Notes: generated by a model from the sequence alone, not told the origin. A DNA stretch of 64,000 bases from Cycas panzhihuaensis (GCA_023213395.1 CM041465.1:161765741-161829740); one strand, 5' to 3'. Positions 14,401-28,207 are shown, counted from the stretch's first letter. A program made the numbers and translations.

Positions 14401-15690
14401 GCGTCAAGTATTATGGTTTACACGTAAAAGATTACTGGACCGAGAGTGGAAGAAACAGGAACTAGAGGAACTTTGAGGAAATCCAGGGCAAGCGTAGATT
14501 ACAAGAGGGACTTTATAAGATCAAAAGGATTCTAGGTAAAAGCTATATCCCTAGAATGCCCTCACCTGATTCGGTTATGTGGCCCTTGAGTTCGTCCGGG
14601 GAATACATTGTTAAACAGGGGTACCATTATTTATGTTTAATAAGAGAGTATTAGAGGAACCCAATACTAGAAGGTGTTTGGAAGCTCCCTCTCATCCCCA
14701 AGATAGCTATTTTTTGGTGGACCTATTTATTGAATAAAATACTTACTGTAGATCACCTCAAAAATAGAGGCTTTCCACTGCCCAATAGGTGTATTCTATG
14801 TTGCAAAGAAGAGGAATCCACTGACCATATCTTACTTGAGTATTCCTTCATAAGGGAGGTATAGAGGATGTTGCTTGAGAAACTGGAGGTGTGTTGGACC
14901 TTCTCGAAAAAGATTGTTGACCTTTGGCTTGCTTGGCAAATCACATTCAAAAGTAGAATCTTAAGCTATATTTGGAAGAGTGATCTCCCAATACTTACAT
15001 GGAACATCTGGAAAGAGAGAAATCGAAGAATTTTCTAGGGGTATCAGATGGACCAGATAGCTACCTTTAATAGAATCTGTATGGACATCAGGGAGAACGT
15101 CAGAAACACCAAAGAGAAGCACACAACCCTGACTGAGAATAGGATTTTGCTCAAATAGGACATAGAACCTATATTTGAGATGGTAAAGCCTAGATGTGGC
15201 AGCTGGATGCCCTCAGAGGGGCCCTGTATTAAAATCAACTTTGATGGTGCGGCAAAGGGGAACCCCGGAGAAGCTGGGGAGGGGGAATTTGTAGAGATAA
15301 CAACGACACCCTCATTTGGGCCTTTGTGGATTACTACGAGCATCAAATGAACCACTATGCGGAAATGCACACTAAGCTCAAAGCTCTAGATTTAGCTCTT
15401 GAATATGGCATTCAATGCCTAGTAATTGAGGGGGATTAAGAGGGGGTTATAAATTCACTGAAAGGCATGGCCCTTCTGGACTAGAGATTCCAGTCCATAA
15501 TCAATGACGCCAAGGAGACTATTAAGGGACTGGAAGATGTTTGTATTAGGCACACCTTGAGAGAAGGTAACAAAGCCGCTGATTTTTTGGCAAACTGGGG
15601 GGTGAGGTATAAGAGAGGAAATGTGTAGAGGAGTGACTTTCCTGGGGATCTCATGGTTCTGGTGGAGAAGGAAATGGTCTGATGTAGCTA
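11497..15690 (+). pseudogene. LINE ORF2 (APE endonuclease, RT, zinc-finger-like, RNase H), disrupted
   Basis: MKIISWNIKGLN, LQETK, GDFN, SDHSP; KAPGPNGF, GLRQGDPLSP, FMDD; CILCCKEEESTDHI; KINFDGAAKGNPG and HTLREGNKAADFLANWG. Confidence 0.93.
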
Positions 15691-16000
15691 GCTGAGGGGC
15701 TTGTCCTGGCAAACTATTTCTTTGCCTAGACCATGGGGCTGTCACGGTCATCTCTGACTTGGTAACCCAAAGCACATTGATGTACTAGGTTGTGGGATCC
15801 TGCTTCAAACCCACTCATAATTCAATTTTATCTTATAAAAAAATATATATAACACATACCTTAAGGATGATGCATCAGCTAATGGTGGATTTAGGTAGCT
15901 AATGTTTAGCTCTAGGTGCCCTAAGGAGCCCTAAATGTGGCTTTGAGGGGCCTTAGGTGCACATCCCCTTAGGCACATTGGGGATTATCTCAATAGATTC

Positions 16001-16310
16001 CAAATACAACATGTAACTCTAACATAATAATGGCAAAAAGTAATACACCATTAATTGAGTTTGACTTTAATTCATCTAATTTAGTCCTCAAATTAGAGAT
16101 CCTATTTAGGTAAGCACTAATGTTGTTCTTATCTTCTACCTTAGAATTCAACAATTCCATCATAAGAGCAATATGATGATTGATTTTCTTCTTTCTAAAT
16201 GTCTCACATAGCTTAGTCTAAATCTCATGTGGGGTTTCAAGGTTATGGACTAAAACTCTTTTGATCTAAGGCTAAAGATACTTAAGTAACCCTATAACTA
16301 TGAATTATTG
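16001..16310 (-). pseudogene. E0 copia gag (UBN2-type) fragment
   Basis: Colinear with E4 gag at about 41610-41915; joins 1-1158 across the E1 TSD. Confidence 0.82.
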
Positions 16311-18672
16311 CTCTGAAGTGCCCACAAAGCAAGGATACATGAATCACTTTCTATTGAACTTGAACCAACTGAACAACACTTTGCTCTTAATAAAGAGCCC
16401 CTAACATACCAAGAAGCTATAAAGCATGCATCTTGGAGAAATTCCATGAACGAAGAGTACCAATCTCTTATCAAGAATGGTATATGGGAGCTTGTTGATC
16501 TACCACTTGAAAGAAAGGTAGTTCAAAAATAAATGGGTGTTAAAAAATAAGTACAGATTAGATGGCACCCTAGAAAAATACAAGGCGAGGTTAGTAGCAA
16601 AAGGATTCACGTAAAGGGAAGGCATCGACTACACTGAAATTTTTTCTCCTATAACCAAGTGGCCTATAATCAGAACTTTTATAGCCTTGGCTACTTAATA
16701 GGGTTAGAAAATCCACCAACTCGATGTTAAGACCGTATTTCTCAATGGGAACCTTAAAGAAGAAATTTACATGGTTCAGCCAGAAGGATACAAGATTGCC
16801 GGTCAGGAGCATAAGGTTTGTAAGCTCAAAAAGTTCTTGTATGGCCTAAAGCAAGCCCCTCATACTTAGTTTACCAAGTTATCTGAAAGAATGAGACAAC
16901 TTGGATATGAAGTTTATAACTATCAAGATATTGATGCAACATTATTCATTAAGCGCCAAAATGATAAAGTCACTTACCTCTTAATCTTTATGGATGACAT
17001 GCTAATAACAAAGAATAATGAATAGGTAATCAGTCAGCTGAAGAAGGACCTTGCTAAAACTTTTAAATTGTCTAACCTCAGGTTGATGAAATATTACTTG
17101 GGAATTAAAGTAACTCAAAATAAGGGCAAAATCTTTCTCTCACAAGAAAAATATATTAACGATCTTCTGACAAAGTTTCAATTTGAAGGTTCTCAACTAG
17201 TGGATACACCTATAGAGCCTAATATTAAACTCTCAGCTAATTGTGACATTAGGGAGGTAAACATAACACTCTACAGGTAACTTGTAGGTAGTCTCATCTA
17301 TACTACCAACACAAGGCCAGATATTGCACACTCTATTGGCATTCTTATAAGATTCATGACAAATCCTAAGTAGAATCATTGGCAAGCTACAATATGAGTG
17401 TTGAGGTACCTAAAGATGACCAACAAATATGGTTTGTTATATAAACCTAATACAGAATTTAAACTTTATACATACACAGACTCAGATTTTGCCAGAGATA
17501 AAGACACATGAAAATCTACATCTAGGTACGTAACATTTCTTGGAACAACACCAATACTATGGAGATCTAGATAACAGAAGATATTTATAGACTCAACCAC
17601 TGAAGCTGAGTATATTGCTTCTTTTAAGACAAGAAAGGAGATGATATGGCTTAGAAAATTGTTGAATACATTAAATTCCACCCAAACAAGTTCTACTAGC
17701 TTACATGTAGATAATCAATCTATAATCTAGATGGCTAAAAATCTTGTATTTCATGATTGTACTAAATATATAAGTATGAAAGTCCACAGGATTATAGAAC
17801 TAATTCATGATGTTACAATTCAATTGGAGTACTGCCCCACAATAGATCAAGTGGCTGATATCTTCACCAAACCACTGAAGAGGGTGAAGTTTGAATAGTT
17901 CTAAAAGCAACTAGGCCTTAGAGCCTTCATCTCTGACTAATTGAAGGAGATGACAATAGGACCATCATACTCTGTCTCATTCGTGAAAATCCCTTATGGA
18001 TATGGAAGGACAAGAGTAAGTCTCTGCTCTATCCCATTCGTGAAAACCCCTTGTAGGCGTGAAAGGATAAGGGTTGTATTATTTTAGAAAATCAGAACCT
18101 GTGAAAACCTGAAAGGGCATGGGGGATGACCAAATGGTATATGGAGATTCAATAGATTTCAGCTAAAAAATTCATTGTACTTATTGGCTATATGGCTTCA
18201 TTTAAAGAGCCACATGAGCTAGGTTAGTAGATTAGAAAATTTGTAGGTTTTCTTCCCCATGAGGGTTTCCCACAAAAAGTGTCATAGTAGTTTGCTTTGT
18301 AAGAGGCTCAAATGAAGACCTCATAGGATAGAATAAAATAGGATGAAATGACCTTATACCATTAAGGGGGAGATTGAAAAGGGTTAATGTCATAAGGTCA
18401 TTACATTAGTTGATTATTTCTAAAAAGGGTCTTAAGTAAGTTTTAAATTAGATCACTTAAGTGAAATGCACTTTTATGTGCATTATGTGTAATTTGATTT
18501 CACCTAACTCTAATGCTCCCTCTCTTAATATAAAAGTAAAAGCTCAATGGAGGAGGCTCATTCTTACCTTCCCATTTTATGAGAGCTACTTTCTTTCCCT
18601 CAAGTCTCTCTTACTCCCATGTTTGCCTTTGTGTTTAGTGCATGGAGATGAAGGATAGATCCACTCTTTTCA
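16311..18672 (+). mobile_element. 5'-truncated Ty1/copia element E2 (RT-RNase H, 3' UTR, PPT, 3' LTR)
   Basis: EPLTYQEAIK...[44 protein letters not shown] at about 16380-17940. PPT TTAAGGGGGAGAT at 18362-18374. LTR 18375-18672 with TGAAAAG...CTTTTCA termini. Confidence 0.88.
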
Positions 18673-20746
18673 ATAAGATCCTAAACCAACCTTCAATAGG
18701 CTATAATCCCCAAAACTATAGTCTGTTCAACCACCTACAGTGTAAAGGTTCATCAAAATCATAACCACTTAAAAAATAGGCCAATAGACTACTGAATAAA
18801 AGAACTAATTTAAATGCTTCACTTCACAAGTCTGATGTAATAAACATTATAATATGCATAAATAAAATACCACTCTTGAATCAATGTAATATTAATGTAA
18901 TAATCAATAAACCTATCTGCCTAGATCACTCATGTATTCCTTATAAAACATACCTTTTATCAATAAAATTTGCACTGAATAATAATATTCACCGATATTA
19001 TAATACCTTATGTAACAGAGTATTTCAATGATGCCTCAAATAATCACATGTAGTAATATTCTCTTCTAACAAAACATGCCCAATTCACTCATGTAGCTAT
19101 CATATCAAAATAAAGCCTAATGAAATATATTTATGCCACATACATTTACTTAATAAATAATCAATATCATATATTAAGATAACCTTATGGAATATAGGGT
19201 GTGCCAACTTTGAATAATGCAAAGTTGAATTACTTTAAATCCAAAATGGCGATTCAATGTATATTAATGGCATCTCAATATAAAGCATACGACTTTATAC
19301 ATGGGTGATCAACATGAGTTTGATATGAAAGGCGAAATATCAAAACCAATGTGACTTCAAATATATCATTGGTGATATTAATTAAAAAAGGTAAAATCAA
19401 TATATATTAAAATACCTTATGAAAGTCGTAATGTAATCTAGTGAACCTACAACTCGCCAAACTCAACATTAACTATAACTTCATCTTTACTATAGATTAT
19501 TACATCTTCGACTCCAACTGCTCAACCTAATGGAAATTAGTACATTTGATTTGGATAAAGACATCTTTCCTATTAGATGTGACATACTTATCATGACTGG
19601 CAAATGACAATCTAAGTATGAATGTTATTCGTGATCAATAAGTATAATAAATAGCATTTGAGCTTTATGCCTCTTCTTTGATGGCTAACTTTGAAGTATT
19701 ACAATCTCCTCATAGTTTTAATTGACATCTTCTTCACGACAATTGTTATGACATATAATCTCTTGCTAGAAGTCACTTATGGGGTACAATAAATAGCATC
19801 ACTATAGACCCCACAAAGATAGTGTCGTATGAGGCTAACACTACATCAGTGGTATCTCTCTAACTCTAGCTACCATACGTGATCACATAGCTTCTATATA
19901 TGGAAACCATCTTTTGTATAAAATATCTCTCTCTTATGGTATGACACCATGTAAAGGACTACAATATATGACACTCCTAATGTAAATGTAACTTCCATAA
20001 TCTTCCACTATGATCTGCAATCTTAGTGGTAATGCAACACCACTCTATGAACTATAATCTCCTTCATTATCTATAGATTTGGTACCTTTACACGATAGGC
20101 TACACATCCTTAGCTAGAAATTGAGTAACTAAAGGCTACAACTTCAAAAATAGAGGGAAGTAGGTAATATTTTATACCCATACACCTACACAAGATAAAG
20201 CAACCTCCTACACTCCTCTGCACACCTTTGAGGACAAATAAAGACCTACAAAATAGATAACAGAAGGTATTAAGAGTCTATATTTAATCACTACACTCTA
20301 GGGCTATCCTTTTAACTTTAGAGAAGATGATCCTTAATGAAGGTTTGAGCTAACATAACTTGGCAACCTATGGTCTGAAAACTCTACCTAATAAATACCT
20401 ACTTGTGCATGACTATCTGCTTTGATACCATGTTAGAAATCACAAACAAATAGATTATTTATGTGCACAATAAGCATGAAATAAATAAACATATAGAAGA
20501 ATTGATGTAGGAAACCTCATAGTAAAAACCCACTATAGAATAATATTAATTATATTGATAATAAATTTGTAAAGTGCAATCAACTTTAAATCCCCTTAAT
20601 TAGATCCATAAGTATCCCATATATTACATATGTATTACATCTGTCAACTTACAATAATATCACATTATTACATCACATAATTATTTGTATAATAATTTAC
20701 CATATTGACATTAGTCAAGTTAAGTGGATATAATGCCACTCTAATA
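18673..20746 (-). mobile_element. 5' part of E0: leader, PBS (20419-20430) and 5' LTR (20431-20746)
   Basis: TGGTATCAAAGC PBS on the minus strand abutting an LTR with TGTTAG...CTAATA ends. Inverted homologue of 20751-23580. Linking it to the E0 gag is inferred from orientation and family match. Confidence 0.75.
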
Positions 20747-20750
20747 AAGA

Positions 20751-23700
20751 TGTTAAAGTGACATTATATCCACTTCCCTGACTAATGTAAAAGTGGTGAT
20801 ATATTATCCAAACATATGATGTAATAATATTATTTAGGTTGATGGATGTAATATCAAATGTAATTATTTAAGGTAATTATGGATCTATAAATAGTGATCC
20901 AAAGTTCATTGTAAACTAGCACAGATTTGTAACAATGTGATAATATAATTATGTGGTGGGTTTTTATCACAAGGTTCCCCATGTGAAATCTATCTCAGTG
21001 CTTGCTTATTTTATGTCTATTATATACATAAATGATTTTTTATATTTGTTTGGTATTTTCTAACATGGTATCAGAGTAGATAGTCATGCACAAGTAGGCA
21101 AATTTTGGGTAGATATTTTAGATTGTTGGTTTCTAGGTAGTGTTAGCTCAACCCTTGAGGATTAACTTCTTTAATAGCCAAAAGAGTAGCCACAGTGGTA
21201 TAATGATTATATATAGATTCTTGGTACCATTTGTTATCTATTTTATAGGGATTCATTAGTCTTCAAAGTTGTGTAAAGGAGTGTAACAGGTTGTTTTATT
21301 TTGTGAAGGTATCTAGGCATGAAGTGTAGGTTGATGCCCCCTATTTTTAAATGTACTATCTTTGGTTATTCATTTGCCAGTTATTGATGCGTGTTCTAAG
21401 TCAAAGGAAGGTGCTAGATTTATTTATCTATGTCGTATCCACTAATAGCTTGAGATTATAGATGTTGCAATAGATTATCATAGAGTCAAGGAAGTTTCCA
21501 TTGCCTGTATTGAAGGATTTATGGCTATTACATGGAGATCAGAGTCATAGCAAGTAGTCAGTATCATTCATAGAAGGAAACATAAATATCTTTTAGATGG
21601 AGATGAAATAGAGGTGTGTGAATTATAAGAGATGCTAATAAAAGACATTATGACATGGAAAGTCATAGGCATCATTATGAGAATATTATAGCTAATGAAG
21701 ATTTTTTATTTGATTAGTGGCAAGTGCAAGATATATATTCAAGTTACACTACATGGAGAGACAGAGTAGCTTGTAGCCATAATGTAGACTTGGCAATTGT
21801 AGTAGTCGTAACAATCACGATTGGCTCAAACATCATTGGTTAAGACTATGCTTATAGTAGTAAATACATTTTACAGTGGTGACCAACCATAGATATATAG
21901 AGTTGTAGGTTAAGACATAGAGATAGTTGTAGATGTAGATGAATACTTACTGACATTACCATTACATAGAGTTTAGAGTTATATTCATCACAGATGTCAC
22001 AATTATGAAGAGGATGTAGGTTGTAGTCATATAAATGATATGAGTAGAGTGAAGAGAAAATATAACCATAAAGTAATGTATTAATAGAACTTTAAACCAT
22101 ACAAAAAATAAATATCATAAACAAACTAAGCATACAATAAAGAACACTGAGAGATTCAGGTCTAAGCATAGACCTTTTATTAATCTGAGCAATAGCTAAA
22201 GAATTATAGAGATGAAAACCCCAACTCTTCTCATCGACTTATCAAAGACTCATCCAACCTTTTACATGTGCCATTACATAAGAATATATAGACACGACTT
22301 TACAAGATACCACCTTATGATTTTACAATATAATGGACATAAAACATGGGCTGAAAAAGACCCCTATAAAGAGGCCCGGGTATAACACCTATACCCATGT
22401 AGCACTTGCAAAGTGTTTAACATATCCAACATAGAGTCGAGATGTCATTGGAAAATAGTATATGTAGCCACGTGAATATTATGAAGTTGCCACTTTTGTA
22501 TAACACAAAGATCACAAGAGATACAACCATATGTAGAGTTGAGATGTGTTTAGATATATTCATTAAGTTATTAAGTTCACAATTTACTGAAAGTTATATA
22601 TTTGTAGGTTTTTTTGTAAGTATTTTTTATGTATTTAATCACCATCACTAATTAGATTTATCAAAGTCAAATCACCAAATATTTCAATCACCATTTTTTT
22701 GCTAAAATCATCAATTATATATGGTATATTTAATCGCATATTTGAAGTCACCAATATATATTTTTAATTGCCTTTATATTATGGTTGATTTAATCACCAT
22801 TGATATAATTACCTTGATAATATCATTATAATGATATGTATTTCACTCTTTGATCAAATGATACTTATGTATTAAGGTTAGTGGTTTTTTTATCATTGAT
22901 ATCAATCATAGCCTTTAACATATTGAATGTTGATCATCATTTTGTCAATATATTAAATGGTCATTTTAATATTAGTTATTGATAACCTTAAGTTATCTTG
23001 GGTCAAATTAATATATTAAGTGGCCTCTATTTTTTCATGTTGTAAGTGGCCTTTAATATATTAAGATGTCACTAGATGAGATCTGATCGTTTTTTGTTCA
23101 AGGGGATACATTGTGAGGTGTATGATATGTCTTAGGGATTCATTGGCAACATGAGACATGAATATATATCTTTTTTATATGATGGTGAAGTGAATGATAT
23201 GAGGTGATGTTCTTCTCTTATTGCATGTGATTATATGAGACTTTTTGTTGGGTAAAATATCAATATTTTCATTGATTAATAGGACATGTCAATTAGTGAT
23301 TGATGGGTAGACATCAATGTCAATGTAATTATCGCTGATTGATAAAAGGATGTGTTTTATAAACATATTGAGTAGCATGGCGAGCAAATGGTGTGTTATT
23401 GATCATTGTGTATTTATTATAACATGGTAATTTATTTTATAAAATGGTGTTTTATTCATATATATATCAATGATTTTTACGTTAGATATGTAAAGTGATA
23501 TGTTCAAATTTAGTAGTTCATTGCCTTATTTGAATAGACAATAGTATAGGGTACATAACCTGTCAAAAGTTGGTTCAACATTAGTGCATATTTGAATAAG
23601 TCTAATGTAGATTTTGTGAATGGAAAGATAATTTATTTTTGTTGAAAAGAAAGTAATAATGGAAAGGAATATGACAGAATACCTTAAATCAATTATGCTA

Positions 23701-24590
23701 AATCATGGTATAAATGGGAGTTGATTGCCTCATAGACCCCATGTAAGATGTTGCTACATATAGAAAAATGGTATTATGATGGAGATATGGAGGTGTATGG
23801 TGCATAGTAAGAATTTACCTCCTATGTTTTTGGGAAGAAGCTATTATGATAAGTATTTAATAGGATCCCCACAAAGGTTGTTCATGGTATTATCCTCGAA
23901 TAGTGTTAGACCAGTCAGAAACCTTCCATTAGTTATTTGGGTGCATTGATTACATACATCTCAGTTGAAGATCGTAGTAGAAGATCACAAGAATTTGGAG
24001 TGTATTTATATGGGGTTTTATGATTAAAATAAACCTTATAGATTGTGTAATTCATAAGAGGAATAGCATTGCAATTAGTCTAAATGTCAAAGTTAATAAA
24101 TCAATGATGTACCATGATAAGTGGTCATATGAAGAGAGCTTTTGTCCTCCACTTCTTCCCTTTTTGAGTTATGGTTTAATGGGCATAGAGGTTATTGTAC
24201 CTAACATTATATTTGAGATAGAAACATGACCTAGTAGGAGTAATGATGAGGAGTCATTAGAAGAAGAGGTATGGACTATAACCTGTGTTCCATTAAGGGC
24301 TAGGAGGACCATTAAGGACTCCAGTGTGATAGTTGAAGATCTAGAGGATTGATAAAGAATAAGGAATCAACTTGCTAGCCAAAAATATAGTAGACACCAA
24401 TGACTCTAGTGAAAGGAGATTCACATTAGAGAATTACAATGAAGAAGTAGTAACATATGGGATTTGGTTCTCTTACCTCCCTTAAAGAACTTGGTCGATT
24501 ATAAGTAGATAAGACTTATTATGCAAGATTTCAAACAAAAAAAAGAAATCAATTATGAAGAACACTTACACCAATCTCTAAGATATAATA
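20751..24590 (+). mobile_element. Degenerate copia element E0b (5' LTR 20751-21065, PBS 21066-21076, leader, integrase and RT-start remnants)
   Basis: TGTTAAAG...TCTAACA then TGGTATCAGAG. 23600-24590 resembles E4 integrase (RCMVHSKNLPP) and RT N-terminus. gag appears deleted and no 3' LTR was seen. Confidence 0.75.
22050..22431. mobile_element. Solo LTR inserted in E0b leader
   Basis: TG...CA, perfect 5-bp TSD TAGAG (22045-22049 and 22432-22436). Removing it restores similarity to the E0 leader near 19500-19525. Confidence 0.75.
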
Positions 24591-24599
24591 GACTAATCA

Positions 24600-26200
24600 T
24601 CTCCTTTTTTTCATTCTTTTCTAGGAAGAGAGAAATGCGTTTATGGAAGGGAGAAAGGAGAAAATTATTAAGAATGGCTTATATTATAGAGTGAGATCTA
24701 GTGGAGATCTATTACTAGTTAACACTTACTTTTGCATTGTTAATTTCCCTTATGCTAATTATATTAGAATCTATATTATTACAATAAGTACGATATTATT
24801 GCAAGTGGAGGTTTTATTGAAAGGGATCACAAGTATACTAATTACTTATGTGCTCAATATACAAAAACTTCTTCCATGGTAAGGAAATATATATTGTATG
24901 GCTTATAATAATGGCTCGATCTAGGGCCCTACATTGATTCTATTTATTGATGGCTTAGTATAGGATCATGTGTCAGTAATCTATGATAATAACTTAGTCT
25001 AGGACCATCTATCAATGATTTATGCTAAGACCATGTGTATAGGCTATTACTAGTTTTAATTGTGATATATATGCATGGAAAAAAGTTGGATATGGTGTGA
25101 AACTATCAGATGAGCCTTAGAGATTCTATATTAATCCATAATTTGATTAATAGTAATGAGTTGGTGGATTTAAAATGTTGAATTAAGAGTCAAGTTACAA
25201 GTGGAAAGTTAAAAGGAAGTACCCTACCATTCATATCACATACTTTATCTTGGAGGTAGATTCTTATGTAGAGTTTTTAAATGGTTGGGCAGTGAATACC
25301 TCTAACTAATCTAGTTTTCCCACTTAAAGATAAATTCATTATATCTTGATCTTGTGTAAATATTCTACGAAAGTTATAAAATAAATATTAGGATTATATT
25401 ACATGTGTGAAACTTGTACTTAGGTTATGTGTTCCAATCTCATTATGAAGAGTAAAGTGCATGGACACTACTGTCACATAATGTGATTTATATTTTAAGA
25501 CCCTTAAACTGTCGGTTTAACATATAGCTTGCTAGTCATATGGTTTGATGTATATTAGTATTATTGTTATTATCTTGGTAATTGAACTTAGGTAGTCTTC
25601 AAAAAGTAATATCTTTGATGTCAGAAAAAGAGAGAACAAAATTTTCTTTATTATTTTACACCATTATGATACTGGGTTGCCATAAGTGGTATCAAAGTAA
25701 AAAAGTTCAAAGCTCAATAGAATTCAAATTATATTATTAATCTATAAGGTAAAATTCCTCTATAAGTATATGGGTCACTTTAGCATTTGAAATATTATTA
25801 TGGATTTGAAGTGTGATGTGAACTGAGAACTCATAAGAAGGTTAAGTGTGCTTCACAAATTAACTCAGCAAAGCCAAGTACTAAAGCGTGGAACTCTAAT
25901 TGACCTCAAAGATTTTGTGAAAAAAAAACTATATGTTATCTCATATAAAAATATGTAATCAAACAATATGTAAATGTGTTACATTCTTATTTCTAAGTCT
26001 ACTTATGAATAGTAGAGATTATCTATGATGTGTGTTACTAAGCATAAATGCTAGAATTATAAGACAATATAAAGATTTGATGGAATAAACATATATCTAA
26101 AAGATACCATAGATTATTTCTTTTACAATAGAAGTAGATATTACTTATTAGAAGACCTCTTAGCATTTAGCTAGGGTGCAAAGATTTTCCTACTTAGGTT
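24600..26200 (+). mobile_element. Probable LTR remnant plus PBS (25687-25697) plus gag N-terminus remnant of another LTR element
   Basis: AGTGGTATCAAAG PBS-like site and a possible KFDGxN-like gag start near 26070. The left boundary is unresolved. Confidence 0.4.
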
Positions 26201-26399
26201 TAAAGATGAAAGCCTCTTTTGAATTCCCTTTTATTTGCCTAATTATCATATTTCTCTGAGAAAATATAAAGTGCACTTGCCTTTCTCTAATGTTTTCTTT
26301 TATTTTCTTCAAAGAGTTGAGTGCACGTTCTAATTTCTCTAGCTTGATTTTGTGCATTTTTATTTTTTGTTTGAGCCTTCCTTTTTGTTATCTACAACA

Positions 26400-26830
26400 T
26401 AGTGCCTTCTATAAATGGTCATTAGACATATAGTTGTAGATCATTTGGAGGGTTAATATGTTGAGATTGATCCTCATCCAACATGGAAGGCTTATATAAC
26501 TTCAACTTATCAATATTAAATATAGAATAAATCCTAAAATATGGCAAAAATTTGAGCTTGAATGCATTTTAACTAATGGCTTCTATAATTTGATAAGGCC
26601 CATTCTATATGGGGTTAATTTTGAGGTGTTTCTTTATGGACCGTTCTTTAAATTGGTTGAGGCAAGCTTGATCTCCTACTTAGAAATGATAAGCTATCTA
26701 ATGTTTCTTATGTTGGTCTTTACATTTGTGTTGTATTTCCATGAATGCTTCTTCCACTTGTTGGATATATTTAATGAGCCATGTTACTTGCTACTAAGAT
26801 TGCTTCTCTTTAGGTGTTTGGGTAATACAT
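26400..26830 (-). pseudogene. Ty3/gypsy integrase C-terminal remnant
   Basis: The minus frame reads GPYQIIEAIS*NAFKLKFLPYFRIYSIFNIDKLKLYKP, the GPY/F module typical of gypsy integrases. Confidence 0.7.
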
Positions 26831-27288
26831 AAAGACATAGTAATGTCCATTAGAGCTTGTGATAGAAAAAGTAATAGTAAGGTCCATTAGAGCTTATAAA
26901 AAAAAATCCTAAATGTGCATCATATGGCACCCTATAGAACTATTCATTACTAGCTATAACTATATTGAATATGGAGGAAATCATTATTGAAGGTTTTTGG
27001 ATTATAATAGCTATATATTCCAAAAAGTTAAACTATGGTTATATTAATAACTCTTGATTAACTATTAATTTTAGTATAAAATCTCATGAGCATTGCACTC
27101 GTCATTGTCCATAGTGTTGTCCCAAAATGTCTTAAAAAGTAGTTGTCCTTATTAGGCACTATTGAAAATGACAATCCATACATGAGAGAATAACAATGTT
27201 ATCAGGGTAGCATACTTAAATAGTTGGGTGCACAAATTCAAGATTCACCTAGTTTCAATATGAAGAATTAGGTACAAGTATGGATAGA

Positions 27289-27427
27289 ATATTATATTAT
27301 ACTACATTACATGATATTATATTATATTGTATTGTATTGTATTATATTATATTATATTATATTATATTATATTATATTATATTATATTATATTATATTGT
27401 ATTATATTGTATTATATTATATTATAT
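27289..27427. repeat. (ATATT/GTATT)n pentanucleotide microsatellite
   Basis: Directly visible tandem array. Confidence 0.95.
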
Positions 27428-28149
27428 GCTGTTCATTATTTTTTATGTATTAATTTTTAAAATTCTATGTAAGAATTATGTTTTCCTAAATGTCTCCAAC
27501 CACTATCTTATAAAATTTGTTGCACTTGTAACTACAAATCCTATATTTAAAGGGTGATTCTCCTATTTACTTGTATATAGTAATATTGAAGAAGAAGAAT
27601 TTGGTTGCATTATTATGTGATTTTTTACTTATGAGGGATTAAGATTAGCAATTTATTAAAATGAGCTACTATCATGAAGATATAATCCTTCCACTAGAGT
27701 GAAACCTATGATTTCATGAGGGTGAAATTCTATTGGCAAGGAAAGGTACTCTTAGACACTATTGAGAGGTGGGTGGTTACTAGGTCCAACATGCATTAGT
27801 TGGTCAACTATAAATTTCATAGGCATGGTGAAAAATGTTATATATGGTAGAATTAATTGAAGAATAACTTTGCACATTAGTAAAGGTGATGACGTTGGGA
27901 GTTTAATCAATTCTATTATCTATTTATACAACACCAAAATTGACCATGGATGAGTCTAAATACTAGTAATGTATGTTTAAAATAAAATTACCTCTTATGA
28001 TTGGAACGAACTTATATATTATTTGATTGCATATTTTTGTTGGTTAGTTCATTGAAGGATAAGGCTATTATTCCTTATAATTAACTAGCAAGATTAACAT
28101 ATGGATACAAATAGAAGTTAATTATATTTGATCCCTTATGCAGAGGTTT

Positions 28150-28151
<2 letters not shown>

Positions 28152-28205
<54 letters not shown>
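28152..28205. repeat. (AT)n microsatellite
   Basis: Directly visible, about 27 units. Confidence 0.97.

Positions 28206-28207
<2 letters not shown>

Larger units (their letters stand above)
9371..15846 (+). mobile_element. Full-length L1-clade LINE with RNase H domain, inserted in E1 5' LTR
   Basis: 17-bp TSD ATATAACACATACCTTA at 9354-9370 and 15847-15863. Short A-rich tail at about 15836-15846. GC-richer 5' UTR, ORF1 and ORF2 all present. Confidence 0.95.
1159..15995 (-). mobile_element. Ty1/copia LTR retrotransposon E1, full length, decayed, with LINE inserted in 5' LTR
   Basis: 3' LTR 1159-1483. 5' LTR 9149-9370 plus 15847-15995. PBS-Met at 9136-9146, PPT at 1484-1497. Degenerate 5-bp TSD GGTTC (1154-1158)/GATTC (15996-16000). 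Domain order gag-PR-IN-RT-RH on the minus strand. Confidence 0.93.

Noticed and set aside
27327-27557. 76-aa hydrophobic ORF (YYIIL repeats)
   Set aside because: Translation of the ATATT microsatellite.
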